Assembly (NCBI GenBank): GCA_963664815.2
Contig: CAXXHB010000002.1
Coordinates: 736,001-800,000 of the forward strand
Source: Spirochaetota bacterium
GTDB lineage: Bacteria; Spirochaetota; UBA4802; UBA5550
DNA: 64,000 nt
Direction: 5' to 3'
Each line of letters begins with the position of its first letter. Position 1 is the stretch's first letter. The notes under the pieces were generated by a model, which was given only the letters and a program-made list of their open reading frames with translations, did not search any database and was not told where the DNA came from. Positions 1 to 10,247 of this stretch are shown in pieces. The position numbers and the translations under genes were made by a program.

Positions 1-115
1 TATAAAAGATCTCTACGGTATAAGATTCTTGACAATTCTTAATTATAATGTTTCAATTTATAATATCTGGTGAAAAGCCATTAACTATGGGTTTCAATAA
101 CAGGTAAAAAACAAT

Positions 116-1660
116 ATGGATAGACTATTCTCTTTTTTTATTCCGGATTCAGAGAGTTTGAGTTTTGATGTTCTTTTAAAGTCAAAGACCCTTGTAGCTT
201 TTTCAATGATAATTATACTTCTTGTACCTCCTTTATGGATTCTCCTTGTTGCCATGCTGAAACATTCTATAATTTCGATATTAAGTCTTTTTTTCTTTAT
301 TGTAATTGTTTCAAACATCCTGTCGCTGTTTATAATGCGGAAGGGATACTACAACGTAGCTGCTAATATCTTTATTTTTACTTCTTTATGCGGTTTCAGT
401 TTATATCTGCTGTTCGGGTCATTTAAGTTTGTGGAGGGAATAATTGTTTCCAGTTACAATCTGTTTATATTCATTATCTTCAGCACACTTTTCTGCACGC
501 GAATGGTTACACTTTTAGTTTCCGTTTTCATACTGCTTATACATGTAGTTTCACTCTCTTCTGCCGGTGGATTAACCCGGGGGCTGAAGATTATGGCTTC
601 AATTAATTTCAGTTTCGAATTGATAATTATTACCGCTATCTGTTACCTTATAATTAGTATAACGGAAAAAACAATGCAGCGACTGAAAGAAGAAGCTGAT
701 AACAGGGAAAATCTGGAGAGTACAAGAAATCTTCTTATAACTGTTACAGGATTCTCCAGGCGACTTGCTGAATCCTCTTCTCTTATGTCAAACACGACAG
801 ACAATTTTTCAGCGAATGCGCAAAATCAGGCTGCTTCGGCGGAGGAAATTACCGCTACTGTGGAGGAGATTTCAGCCGGAGTTGAAAGTATTTCTGATAT
901 TGCCAGTTTTCAAATGACTAAAATGGAAGGACTTACTGCAAGGCTGGATGAACTTTCCGGTCAGATAAACAGCATGAAGAATATGATTATTGAAACCCTT
1001 ACAATGACAGTTTCGATTTCCAATGAAGCCCGAAATGGTGAAGTCTCTCTTAAACAGATGGATGATAATATGAAGTCTATGAATCAACGATCAGTGGAGA
1101 TGGCTGATATTATCTCGATAATTAATGATATCTCGGACAAAATAAATCTTCTTTCCCTTAATGCAGCTATTGAAGCGGCAAGAGCCGGCGATGCAGGACG
1201 TGGATTTGCTGTTGTTGCAGATGAGATTTCCAAACTTGCTGATAAAACGTTCAGCAGTGTTAAGGATATAAGCTCTTTAATAAAGGCAGGTGAAAATGCA
1301 ACAAAACATGGGATTGGCACAGTCAATAATGTTGTAAATTCACTGTCTAAAATAATTGATGGAGTTAGCCGAATTAATAAAATGGTTGAATCAATGTCTG
1401 TTTTTATGAACAATCAGTTTTCCACCAACCAGGAAGTAAACAGGGAAGCCTTTGACGTTCGGGAAAGATCAGAAGAAATTAAAAATGCTGCGGTTGAACA
1501 GAAAAATGCAACAACAGAGATTGTGAAATCCATATCAACTATAACTGAACTGACGCAGGCAAACGCAGCAGGTGCAGAAGAGATGGCAGCAAACGCAAAA
1601 GAAATTTCCGAGATAGCAGTTAACCTGAATGACAGTGTGAAGGAATTCAACAGGGATTGA
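116..1660 (+). CDS. Methyl-accepting chemotaxis protein with multi-TM N-terminal sensor
   Basis: About 5-6 hydrophobic helices in the first 185 aa; MCP hairpin signature [33 protein letters not shown]. Confidence 0.95.
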   Translation: MDRLFSFFIPDSESLSFDVLLKSKTLVAFSMIIILLVPPLWILLVAMLKHSIISILSLFFFIVIVSNILSLFIMRKGYYNVAANIFIFTSLCGFSLYLLFGSFKFVEGIIVSSYNLFIFIIFSTLFCTRMVTLLVSVFILLIHVVSLSSAGGLTRGLKIMASINFSFELIIITAICYLIISITEKTMQRLKEEADNRENLESTRNLLITVTGFSRRLAESSSLMSNTTDNFSANAQNQAASAEEITATVEEISAGVESISDIASFQMTKMEGLTARLDELSGQINSMKNMIIETLTMTVSISNEARNGEVSLKQMDDNMKSMNQRSVEMADIISIINDISDKINLLSLNAAIEAARAGDAGRGFAVVADEISKLADKTFSSVKDISSLIKAGENATKHGIGTVNNVVNSLSKIIDGVSRINKMVESMSVFMNNQFSTNQEVNREAFDVRERSEEIKNAAVEQKNATTEIVKSISTITELTQANAAGAEEMAANAKEISEIAVNLNDSVKEFNRD

Positions 1661-1690
1661 CTTATAAAATATTAAAAAACTTACTTAAAT

Positions 1691-1746
1691 CTGAGATTCC
1701 TATAAAAAAGGTTTTATAAGGGATCCTTTTTTTATAGGAATCTCAG
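1691..1746. terminator. Long inverted repeat between converging MCP and gguB genes, probable bidirectional terminator
   Basis: CTGAGATTCCTATAAAAAA pairs perfectly (19 bp) with TTTTTTATAGGAATCTCAG; overlaps the gguB stop codon. Confidence 0.8.
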
Positions 1747-2933
1747 CGTTTGGCCTTTCTTGTAGCAACGTCAAATATTACGGCGATCGCAAGTACAAGT
1801 CCTCTTATAATGTACTGCAGGGAAGCATCCGAAGTAGTTGACCATAAATTCATACCATTCATCAGCGACATGTAAACAAGGGCTCCGATAAGTGAGCCTG
1901 TAATCTTGCCCACTCCTCCGGCAGCGGAGACACCACCAATATATGCTGCAGCAATTGCATCAAGTTCAAAAAGAGTTCCGGCAGTGGGTGATGCCGATTG
2001 AAGGCGTGAAGCAAACATGATTCCTGAAAGTGCGGAAAGCATCCCCATGGAACCAAAAACAATCATTGTGATTTTTTTTACGCTTATTCCTGAAAGTTCT
2101 GCAGCCTCGGGGTTTCCACCGACAGCATAGATATGGCGACCAAGAACTGTCTGGCGCGCTATCCAGTCATATCCCAGAACAACAACGAGCATTATAACAA
2201 CAGTCCATGAAATGCCATTGGAACCTGATAAGACCCATGTAATAGAACCGATGATTATAGCAAGTATAACCTGCTGAAGAATAAACAAATAAAAAGGAAC
2301 AACCTCAAAGTTGTATAACTGTTTGCTGTTTCTCATGCTGATATTTCTGAGGATAATCCATATTACGGCAACAATGCCAAGTAAAATTGTCAGCTTATGA
2401 ACTCCAGGCATAATATTAATTATTGATAAAAAATCAGGAAGACTGCCGTTGCTGATTGCGATGAATACAGGATCGGAAATTATTATAGTTCCGGTCCCTG
2501 AAGTTACCATCAGGAGTATTCCGCGGTAAATAAGCCATCCGGCAAGTGATGCCACGAATGAGGGAATTCCCAACATCGCAACAGGGAGAGCCGTCATACA
2601 GCCTGCAAGGATTCCCAGGAGAAGTATAATGGGAATGACAAGATAAACAGGGAGCCCCCAGCTGGTTAACCCGATTGCAGAGGCAGCACCTAAACAGCCG
2701 GCTAAAAATCCGACTGAAAGATCTATATGTCTTATGATGATAATGAAAGTCATTCCCACAGCAAGTACGGCAATGTACCCAGTCTGATTCATAAGATCTG
2801 CTATATTCTGCGGTTTAATGAAATTTCCCCTGGTTACTATCGCAAAAAAAACGATTATCATCAACAGAGCAATATACATTCCATAATCACGGACATTAAG
2901 CCTAAGCATTTTTTTTAGATCGTTAATACTCAT
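1743..2933 (-). CDS. gguB: Multiple-monosaccharide ABC transporter permease (GguB/MmsB/XylH family)
   Basis: IDLSVG, GRHIYAVGGNPEAAELSGI and FELDAIAA motifs; start moved to ATG at 2933, which has a GGAG RBS. Confidence 0.88.
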   Translation of the reverse strand: MSINDLKKMLRLNVRDYGMYIALLMIIVFFAIVTRGNFIKPQNIADLMNQTGYIAVLAVGMTFIIIIRHIDLSVGFLAGCLGAASAIGLTSWGLPVYLVIPIILLLGILAGCMTALPVAMLGIPSFVASLAGWLIYRGILLMVTSGTGTIIISDPVFIAISNGSLPDFLSIINIMPGVHKLTILLGIVAVIWIILRNISMRNSKQLYNFEVVPFYLFILQQVILAIIIGSITWVLSGSNGISWTVVIMLVVVLGYDWIARQTVLGRHIYAVGGNPEAAELSGISVKKITMIVFGSMGMLSALSGIMFASRLQSASPTAGTLFELDAIAAAYIGGVSAAGGVGKITGSLIGALVYMSLMNGMNLWSTTSDASLQYIIRGLVLAIAVIFDVATRKAKR

Positions 2934-2946
2934 TTTTTTCTCCATT

Positions 2947-4470
2947 TTATAACCTGGTTGCCAGACGCATGATATTTTCCTGGTTTGCTTCGTTTCCTGA
3001 AAGTTCACCGCTGATATTACCTGCTGAAACTACATATATACGGTCACTCATTCCCAGTATTTCGGGAAGTTCCGATGATATCATTATTATACTCATCCCC
3101 TGAACGACAAGCCTGTTCATTATAGTATAAATTTCGTATTTTGCCCCGACATCGATCCCTCTTGTCGGTTCATCAAGTATCAGAACATCGGGTTCAACAA
3201 AAAGCCATTTTGCAATAGAAACCTTCTGCTGATTTCCTCCGCTAAGATTCATAATTGTCTGTTCAAGGCTTGGAGTTTTGATGTTCAGTGCAGTCTTATA
3301 TTCTGTGGCATGTATGATTTCGGCATTATTGTTTATAACACCCCTTCCGGCGATTTTCTTCAGACGAGCAAGAGTGATATTCCGCTTTATATCCTGAATC
3401 AGGATAAGACCGTTACCTTTACGATCCTCTGAAGCATAGGCGATGCCCGCATCAATGGCATCTTTTGGAGATCTGAAATTCCTTTTCCTGTTTTTCAGTG
3501 TCATTTCTCCGGCTATTTCATAACCATCGGGATTTCCGAATATACTGTGAGCCAGCTCTGTCCGTCCTGAACCTATAAGACCTGCAAAACCTATTATTTC
3601 ACCCTTATGAAGTTTGAAGTTTATATTTTTAAGCACTGTCCGACCTGGTTTCGGATCATATACGTTCCAGTTTTTTACTTCCAGAATAATTTCATCAGAT
3701 CTGGTATGATCTCTCTCCGGGTAGATATTATTTATTTCACGGCCGACCATGTTTTTTATGAGAACGTTTTCATTAATCTCCCCTTTTACCGAATCAAGAG
3801 TGCATATTGTTTCACCATCACGCAGGACTGTAACCGTGTCTGCAATGTCAATTACCTCTTTTAGTCTGTGAGAGACGAGAACGCTGGTTACTCCTTTATT
3901 TTTAAGTTCCCGTATAAGGGCATAAAGATTGTCACAGTCACTGTCATTAAGAGACGCAGTAGGCTCATCGAGTATAAGGAGTCTAACATTTTTGCACAGA
4001 GCCTTGGCTATTTCTATCAGCTGCTGCTGCCCAACGCCAAGATCCCTGACCTTTGATTCAGGGTTAATATTAAGACCGACACTCTTAAGCATTTCTGTTG
4101 ATTTTCTGATTGTTTCCTGCCAGTTTACAGTTAAACCTTTCTTTATCTCATGACCCAGTAGAACATTTTCATAAACCGGGAGTTCGGGGAAAAGGGCAAG
4201 TTCCTGGTAAATAATTGCTATACCTGCAGCTTCACTGTCAGAAATACCTTTAAATTTCTGAATACTGCCGTTAAAAAGGATCTCTCCGGAGTATTCGCCA
4301 TATGGATAAACTCCGCTTAAAACCTTCATCAGAGTAGATTTCCCTGCGCCGTTCTCACCCACAACGCAATGGATCTCGCCCCGGGCAACCTGAAAACTTA
4401 CATTATTCAGAGCCAGCACACCGGGAAAGGACTTTGATATTGACTTCATCTCGAGTATGGGAGTGTTCAT
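2947..4470 (-). CDS. gguA: Sugar ABC transporter ATP-binding protein, double ABC domain (GguA/MmsA/XylG)
   Basis: GENGAGKSTL Walker A, LSGGNQQK signature, two DEPT motifs. Confidence 0.9.
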   Translation of the reverse strand: MNTPILEMKSISKSFPGVLALNNVSFQVARGEIHCVVGENGAGKSTLMKVLSGVYPYGEYSGEILFNGSIQKFKGISDSEAAGIAIIYQELALFPELPVYENVLLGHEIKKGLTVNWQETIRKSTEMLKSVGLNINPESKVRDLGVGQQQLIEIAKALCKNVRLLILDEPTASLNDSDCDNLYALIRELKNKGVTSVLVSHRLKEVIDIADTVTVLRDGETICTLDSVKGEINENVLIKNMVGREINNIYPERDHTRSDEIILEVKNWNVYDPKPGRTVLKNINFKLHKGEIIGFAGLIGSGRTELAHSIFGNPDGYEIAGEMTLKNRKRNFRSPKDAIDAGIAYASEDRKGNGLILIQDIKRNITLARLKKIAGRGVINNNAEIIHATEYKTALNIKTPSLEQTIMNLSGGNQQKVSIAKWLFVEPDVLILDEPTRGIDVGAKYEIYTIMNRLVVQGMSIIMISSELPEILGMSDRIYVVSAGNISGELSGNEANQENIMRLATRL

Positions 4471-4586
4471 AATAATCCTGCCTTTAGTAAAAAGAGTTCA
4501 TTCGAGTTATTGCAGAACTGCGCTTCATACCTACAGTGAATCTGCCCCCGGGGTGATTCTCAAGGGTTTCCGTCCCATTGTTCAAA

Positions 4587-4616
4587 TTTTCCGTCGCGCT
4601 GAAACGCGACAGAAAA
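4587..4616 (-). promoter_or_regulatory. Intercistronic stem-loop after the sugar-binding protein gene
   Basis: Minus strand TTTTCTGTCGCGT-TTCA-GCGCGACGGAAAA, a 13-bp stem whose G-U pairs form only on the coding strand. Confidence 0.7.
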
Positions 4617-4654
4617 CTGAATTGTTTACTGATATTTTATTTATAAGATTAAAT

Positions 4655-5734
4655 TTATAATCCTTTGAAATCTTTTGCTTCATAATATCCTGAATTAATA
4701 ATTGTTTCCTTAACATTTTTTCTGGTAACGGTTGTTACCTCGGAAGGCTTGGCCGGAACATCAATCTTTCCGTTATTGTATGCTTTTGTTTTTTCCGGAA
4801 TCTTACCTTCACTCAATGCGATAGCGGCTTTAATGGCATCATTAACAAGAACCCGGACATCTTTCAGAACAGTCATTGACTGTTTCCCGTCAATAATATA
4901 CTGAATTGACGCCTTCTCGGCATCCTGCCCTGTAATAAAATATTTTGTAACTTCTTTATCCTTGCTGAAAGCGTCAGCTATTGCACGTGCGGTTCCGTCA
5001 TTTGGCGCCACAATATAGACCTGCCCTTTCTGGTCTTTTTTTGCAGATATAAGATTTGATTCAGCTTTGCTTTTGGCTACATTGAAATCCCAGTTTGTAG
5101 TTATCTGCCCTATTATAGATGATAATTCATTGCGGGAAAGATCTGTTTTTTTAGAAAGACTAACTGCTTTATCGGAGTTCATTATTGTAAATGTACCATC
5201 GGCAATTTTAGGCTGAAGAACACTCCATGCTCCCTGAAAAAATATAAAGGCATTATTGTCAGATAAAGCTCCTGCGTAAAGGTAGAGATGATTTCCTTTT
5301 CCCTGCGCTTCTGAAACCAGATATTTACCCCATGCCGCACCTACATTTAAGCTGTCAAAAGTTACATAATAATCGACGGATGCTGTATTTAAAATAAGGC
5401 GATCATAGGAGACAACTTTTACCCCGGCTTTTTTTGCGGCATCAGCGGCAGCTGCAGCGGCAGCACCATCGTGAGGACAGATAACCAGAACTTTTATACC
5501 CTTTGTTATAAGAGTTTCAACATTAGCTTTTTCCTTGGCAGAGTCACCCTGGCTGAAAAGAACCTCCGCTCCAATTCCCTCTTTTTTCAGGGCATCTAGA
5601 AATCTGGTCTGATCCTGAATCCATCGTGGCTCATCTTTTGTAGGAAGGACAATCCCGATTTTTGTTTTGGTTTCTGAACATCCGAAAAACATCATGAAAG
5701 TAAAAGCGATAAAAATAACAAGAATACGTTTCAT
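4655..5734 (-). CDS. chvE: Multiple-monosaccharide-binding lipoprotein (ChvE/XylF family)
   Basis: IGIVLPTKDEPRWIQD, SYDRLI and TGQDAE motifs; lipobox-like FFGC; ATG at 5734 with GAGGTG RBS. Confidence 0.85.
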   Translation of the reverse strand: MKRILVIFIAFTFMMFFGCSETKTKIGIVLPTKDEPRWIQDQTRFLDALKKEGIGAEVLFSQGDSAKEKANVETLITKGIKVLVICPHDGAAAAAAADAAKKAGVKVVSYDRLILNTASVDYYVTFDSLNVGAAWGKYLVSEAQGKGNHLYLYAGALSDNNAFIFFQGAWSVLQPKIADGTFTIMNSDKAVSLSKKTDLSRNELSSIIGQITTNWDFNVAKSKAESNLISAKKDQKGQVYIVAPNDGTARAIADAFSKDKEVTKYFITGQDAEKASIQYIIDGKQSMTVLKDVRVLVNDAIKAAIALSEGKIPEKTKAYNNGKIDVPAKPSEVTTVTRKNVKETIINSGYYEAKDFKGL

Positions 5735-5918
5735 ATTACACACCTCATTTAAATTTTGTTTGCTTATAAAATTTATTATATTTTTATAGTTAAATCAAGT
5801 TGCAGCAGTAGCAGATTTTAAAAAAAAAGGAGAAAACCCGTTTTTTTTTAATTATAATATACGTTGTTATATGATGAATGTAAGTAATTAATTTTTTAAA
5901 ATAAAAAAGGAGTTTAAA

Positions 5919-6299
5919 ATGAAGATAGAACATACAGCTTTATGGGTAAAAGATCTAGAAAAAATGAAAAACTTCTATTGTAGCTATTTTGAAGCCGTTG
6001 CTTCTGAAAAATATAATAATAAACAAAAAAGGTTTTCCTCCTATTTTCTTTCATTTAATGGAGAGACCAGGTTGGAGATAATGTATAAGCCAGGCTTGGA
6101 ACTGTCATCTTCTGATGACTCATACGGATGGGCGCACCTTGCTGTTTCTGTTGGTACCAGGGAGATAGTTGACAGTTTAACGGAACGGTTAAAGAAGGAT
6201 GGTTATAAAGTTGAAGGGGAGCCCAGAACTACAGGAGATGGATATTATGAAAGCGTATTATTAGATCCGGAAGGGAATAGACTGGAAATAACAGAATGA
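5919..6299 (+). CDS. VOC/glyoxalase family protein
   Basis: IEHTALWVKDLE, HLAVSVG, GDGYYESVLLDPEGNRLEI; AGGAG RBS. Confidence 0.9.
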   Translation: MKIEHTALWVKDLEKMKNFYCSYFEAVASEKYNNKQKRFSSYFLSFNGETRLEIMYKPGLELSSSDDSYGWAHLAVSVGTREIVDSLTERLKKDGYKVEGEPRTTGDGYYESVLLDPEGNRLEITE

Positions 6300-6381
6300 C
6301 CCCATTAAAGCAGACAGCACTCAGAACATATAAATGGATCCATCTGTAATGGGTATACAGATTATTTTTTTGTATTTCTTT

Positions 6382-7065
6382 TTAGTTTCCAGATCCGTTT
6401 GTCTTTTTCTGTAAAAAAACAGTGATTTGTCTGTTAAAAACAAAAAAAATAAAAATTGGGATTACCACCACACAGAGAAGAAAATAATTTCCGGCCAATG
6501 CGTGAAAATCGATTATAGCGGCAACAAGTATTCCTGTAAGAGCTCCTCCAAGATGTGCATCGTGTGCGATGCCGCCGCTGGTTCTCTCTGCAGCATAAAT
6601 TGATCCGAAGACAAAGAGTATTGCATAAGCCCATGCGGGAATAGGGATAGGGATTGGAAATACAATGATATTTCCACCGGGGATTAAAAATATTGAGGCA
6701 AAGATTATTCCACATACTGCCCCTGATGCTCCCAGCGCCCTGTAATTTCTATCATTCCTGTGAAGAAAAAGTGACAGTATTCCGGCGCCGAGTCCGCTGA
6801 AAAAATATAAATATGCAGTTACTTCAAATCCGTATTTCGTCTCGATCCCTTCAGCAAATGCATAAAAACTGAACATGTTAAACAGTAGATGCCCCATGTT
6901 TGCATGAATAAAAAAAGAGGAGATAATTCGGTAATAATCACCGGATTTAATTATTGCTTCAGTTGAAAAGATCGCTTTATTTAAAAACGATTCATTTTTA
7001 AAAGCATAAAGTGAAACGGCTGAAGTGATTCCAATTATCATATATGTAAAAATACACTGGTTCAT
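6382..7065 (-). CDS. Rhomboid family intramembrane serine protease
   Basis: HANMGHLLFNM, catalytic GASG, AHLGG. Confidence 0.92.
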   Translation of the reverse strand: MNQCIFTYMIIGITSAVSLYAFKNESFLNKAIFSTEAIIKSGDYYRIISSFFIHANMGHLLFNMFSFYAFAEGIETKYGFEVTAYLYFFSGLGAGILSLFLHRNDRNYRALGASGAVCGIIFASIFLIPGGNIIVFPIPIPIPAWAYAILFVFGSIYAAERTSGGIAHDAHLGGALTGILVAAIIDFHALAGNYFLLCVVVIPIFIFFVFNRQITVFLQKKTNGSGN

Positions 7066-7243
7066 TTTTTACCTTCTTTAAACCGAGATTTATAAAATTG
7101 GTAGAATGAATGTCAAGTAGTTCATATTTAAATATTCTGTATCTTATTGTTGATGCGTAAAATGATTAATTATGATTCCGGATTAAATTCAATATAACAG
7201 AAAAATATAGTAATTTATTTTCGGATTAAATTTATATGATTCA

Positions 7244-7272
7244 TTGACAGCTTTTTTATATGTATCTAGAAT
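7244..7272 (+). promoter_or_regulatory. Sigma70-type promoter of the AraC gene
   Basis: TTGACA-17 bp-TAGAAT. Confidence 0.7.
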
Positions 7273-7381
7273 TGATTCATTGAATAAAATATGGGATATA
7301 TATTTTAATCGTACTTGGATTCAAAATACATATCTTGAATAATGCGTATAATATAAATTTTCGGGATATGGTATAAGTAGA

Positions 7382-8548
7382 ATGAATGAACCGGTACGGC
7401 CATTGCTTGATTTTCTGATTATTGCAGAATTTTCTCAGACAATTCTCCTTATTTTTATTTTACTGGTTATGGAGAAAAATAAAAAAGCCAACATTTTCTT
7501 TGCGGCATTTCTCTTCATCCTATCATCTAATTTTTTCTCATTTTACCTTTTTAAATCTGATTTAGGGGTTTTGTCATTCATTTTTGCATTGTTTTCAGTC
7601 CCGGGAATTTCTATAACAGGAGTATTAATTTATTTTTACGCGCTTTCAATAACCGGACTTCTTGAAAGTTTTTATAAAAAGCAGCTTTTTCATTTTTTAA
7701 TATTTCCTGTCAGTTTTATTTTTTTTATAGTTGCCGTACATACGGTAAATGGTGTTCCACATGAATCCGATTCTTTCCGGAAAGCTATTTTTATAATAAT
7801 AAGTATTGGACTATTAAACTCGATTTCATATATCGCTTATACAATGGTTGTTCTACACAGGTATTATCATAAGATAGAAAACTATTATTCTGATCTTGAC
7901 AGGATGAATCTTAAATGGCTTTCAAGACTTAATCCGCTTACATTTATCACTCTTGCATTCTGGTGTGTCGGATTCTGGACTGCCCACCTGGGGATAGTTT
8001 CGAAAAGCCCCGCAGGTTTAACTATAAACATTTCAATGCTGATAATAATTATCTTTATTACAGCATATAACCTCATTAACCAGCCAGAAGTATTCAGACA
8101 GAATATTGAGATGAATCACCTGATAGAAGATCATATTGATTCAGCAGAATCTGAAAAATACGCAAGGCAGAGTATAGATGAAAGCATGCAGGACGAATAT
8201 CTCGCTAAACTGAATATGTTTATGAATCAGTATAAGCCTTATCTTAATGAGAATATTACTATTAAAGACTTGGCAGAAGAATTACAGATTCCTTCACATC
8301 ATCTTTCAATTGTAATAAATAACCGGTTAAATAAGAACTTTTATACTTTTATAAATGAATACAGGATAAAAGAAGCAGCAGCAATTCTTGAAAATCCTGA
8401 TAATTCCGAGGCGAGTATTATTGCTATAGCCTTCAGATCGGGTTTCAATTCAAAATCAACTTTTAATTCTGTTTTTAAAAAAATTACAGGGCAGACACCC
8501 TCCGAATACAGGAGCAGAAACAGTTTCAGGTCTGAACTTGCAAGTTAG
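7382..8548 (+). CDS. AraC family regulator with multi-TM N-terminal sensor
   Basis: About 7 TM segments; C-terminal HTH with NFYTFINEYRI and GFNSKSTFNSVFKKITGQTPSEYR. Confidence 0.92.
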   Translation: MNEPVRPLLDFLIIAEFSQTILLIFILLVMEKNKKANIFFAAFLFILSSNFFSFYLFKSDLGVLSFIFALFSVPGISITGVLIYFYALSITGLLESFYKKQLFHFLIFPVSFIFFIVAVHTVNGVPHESDSFRKAIFIIISIGLLNSISYIAYTMVVLHRYYHKIENYYSDLDRMNLKWLSRLNPLTFITLAFWCVGFWTAHLGIVSKSPAGLTINISMLIIIIFITAYNLINQPEVFRQNIEMNHLIEDHIDSAESEKYARQSIDESMQDEYLAKLNMFMNQYKPYLNENITIKDLAEELQIPSHHLSIVINNRLNKNFYTFINEYRIKEAAAILENPDNSEASIIAIAFRSGFNSKSTFNSVFKKITGQTPSEYRSRNSFRSELAS

Positions 8549-8596
8549 GACTATATATAAAACGCTGTTACGTGCAAACTTGTAAGCCCGGTCGAC
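8529..8596 (+). promoter_or_regulatory. Candidate AraC-binding direct repeat upstream of tolC
   Basis: GGTCTGAACTTGCAAGTTAGGAC (8529) and CGTGCAAACTTGTAAGCCCGGTC (8571) share GT-N3-AACTTG-N-AAG-N3-GG-N-C at 42-bp spacing. Confidence 0.45.
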
Positions 8597-8653
8597 AGAA
8601 CTCATTTTTTTTGATATGGTAATTCCAGTTTAACAAATTATTGAGGTTACCAA

Positions 8654-10060
8654 ATGAGGCTTAGGTTTTTTATTTTATCAGTTATTGCATTTTTACTGTG
8701 CATGCCCGCTTATTCTGAGGAAGCCGGACAGGAGAGAAAGACTATTTCCTATAATGTGTATATTTCCGGAATAGAAAAATCGCTTCCTGAACTTAAAAGC
8801 AACGATATAAATGTTCTTTCAGCAGAGAACAAAGTTAAAAGCGCAAAATCTGGTGGAGATATATCACTCAAGGCCGGTGGGAATGTGTATTCAAATAAAG
8901 AATATTCAGGATTGGACAGGGGCGATGTAAAGGGGTATGAGTATTACGCGGGTCTAAGCAAAACTATTACCTCCACAGGGACAACTCTCAGCAGTACTTA
9001 TAATTATTCGAAGAACAGCTACAGCAATTTCAGCTCCATCACCGATTATTCTGCTTATGAACCTTCAGTCTCTGTCAAGGTTTCTCAGCCGCTTCTTTAT
9101 AATTTTCTTGGAAAAGTGGACAGGTACTCGGAGAATAACGCGAACATGCAGCTTGAAATTGCGAAGTATCAGCTTCAGGAAAACAACAAGAGTGTACTCA
9201 ACGCTTATAAGAAGCTATACTTCCAGTGGATAATGTGCAAAGAGAATATTAAAAATCTGGATGAGGCCATCAGTAATTCAAAAGTTCTTATGGCGCAGAT
9301 AAAAAGGAAAGTTGATGCAGGTCTTGCCGACAATGACGATTATCAGGGCTCGGTCGCCTCAGTTCTCAGCTATGAGAACCAGAGGAGGGAGTACCAGACG
9401 CTGCTTAAAAATATTGAGAACCAGATAGCTGTTTATATAAATATAAACAATAGTCTCCCGGATGAAAAAGAATTTAATGAGTACTATTTTAAAGCCATAC
9501 ACTCCAGACTTGAGGAGAAGGATTTTAAAAGTACATTATCTGCAAAAATAATGGACTTAACAATGAAAAATTATGTCTATTCAAAGGGTGTTTATGAAAA
9601 CAGACTTTTACCCGAATTTAACATTTTTGCCGGGATGACAAAGAAGGATATTGCGGAATCGCAGACCTATGGGGCCAAAGATACTGATTACAGCGTTGGA
9701 TTTGAGTTCAGGTATTCACTTGAGAATAACTCGGCGGAAAGCAGTTTAAAGGATATAGAAATACAAATCAAAGGGCTGGAGTATGAATATGATGCAGTAC
9801 ATAAAAGTTACAGGAAACAGCTGCTCGGATATATGGAATCTTCAAACGGAATTACAGAGCAGCTTGAAAACATGGCGAGATCATTAAAGGCGCTTGAATC
9901 CAAACTCGTGACGGAAAGGAAAAAATACAGTCAGGCAAGACTTAACCTGTCATATGTAATAAATACGGAGAACAGCATAACATCTGAAAAGAATAGTTTA
10001 CTTGCATTGAGGTACCAGCTTATAGGTAATTACATTGATTATATGGACCTGGTTAAATAG
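8654..10060 (+). CDS. TolC/outer membrane efflux protein
   Basis: Signal peptide; SQPLL and LPEFNIFAG motifs of the two OEP repeats; coiled-coil character; directly upstream of an RND gene. Confidence 0.8.
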   Translation: MRLRFFILSVIAFLLCMPAYSEEAGQERKTISYNVYISGIEKSLPELKSNDINVLSAENKVKSAKSGGDISLKAGGNVYSNKEYSGLDRGDVKGYEYYAGLSKTITSTGTTLSSTYNYSKNSYSNFSSITDYSAYEPSVSVKVSQPLLYNFLGKVDRYSENNANMQLEIAKYQLQENNKSVLNAYKKLYFQWIMCKENIKNLDEAISNSKVLMAQIKRKVDAGLADNDDYQGSVASVLSYENQRREYQTLLKNIENQIAVYININNSLPDEKEFNEYYFKAIHSRLEEKDFKSTLSAKIMDLTMKNYVYSKGVYENRLLPEFNIFAGMTKKDIAESQTYGAKDTDYSVGFEFRYSLENNSAESSLKDIEIQIKGLEYEYDAVHKSYRKQLLGYMESSNGITEQLENMARSLKALESKLVTERKKYSQARLNLSYVINTENSITSEKNSLLALRYQLIGNYIDYMDLVK

Positions 10061-10247
10061 GGAGATATTTTTTAAATAAAAAATTAAATTAAGGACTGTA
10101 GTTGTTAATAAGCATTAATTATAAATTATTTTTTAACAGAATTAATTCTGACCTGGGAATCTGAATGTTTTAAAAAAGATTTCTTACACATAGAGTTGAT
10201 CCTGGTTTGAATAAAAGATATGTTAAATGTATTAAAGAGGAATAAAG

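Noticed and set aside
4540-4600. GGGACGGAAA on the minus strand resembling a c-di-GMP-I riboswitch
   Set aside because: No GGCAAA-P2 stem with GNRA tetraloop/receptor, and the position is intercistronic; kept only as a generic structured region
10061-10247. Remnant of an MFP gene between tolC and acrB
   Set aside because: Only 187 bp, AT-rich, with no coding signature
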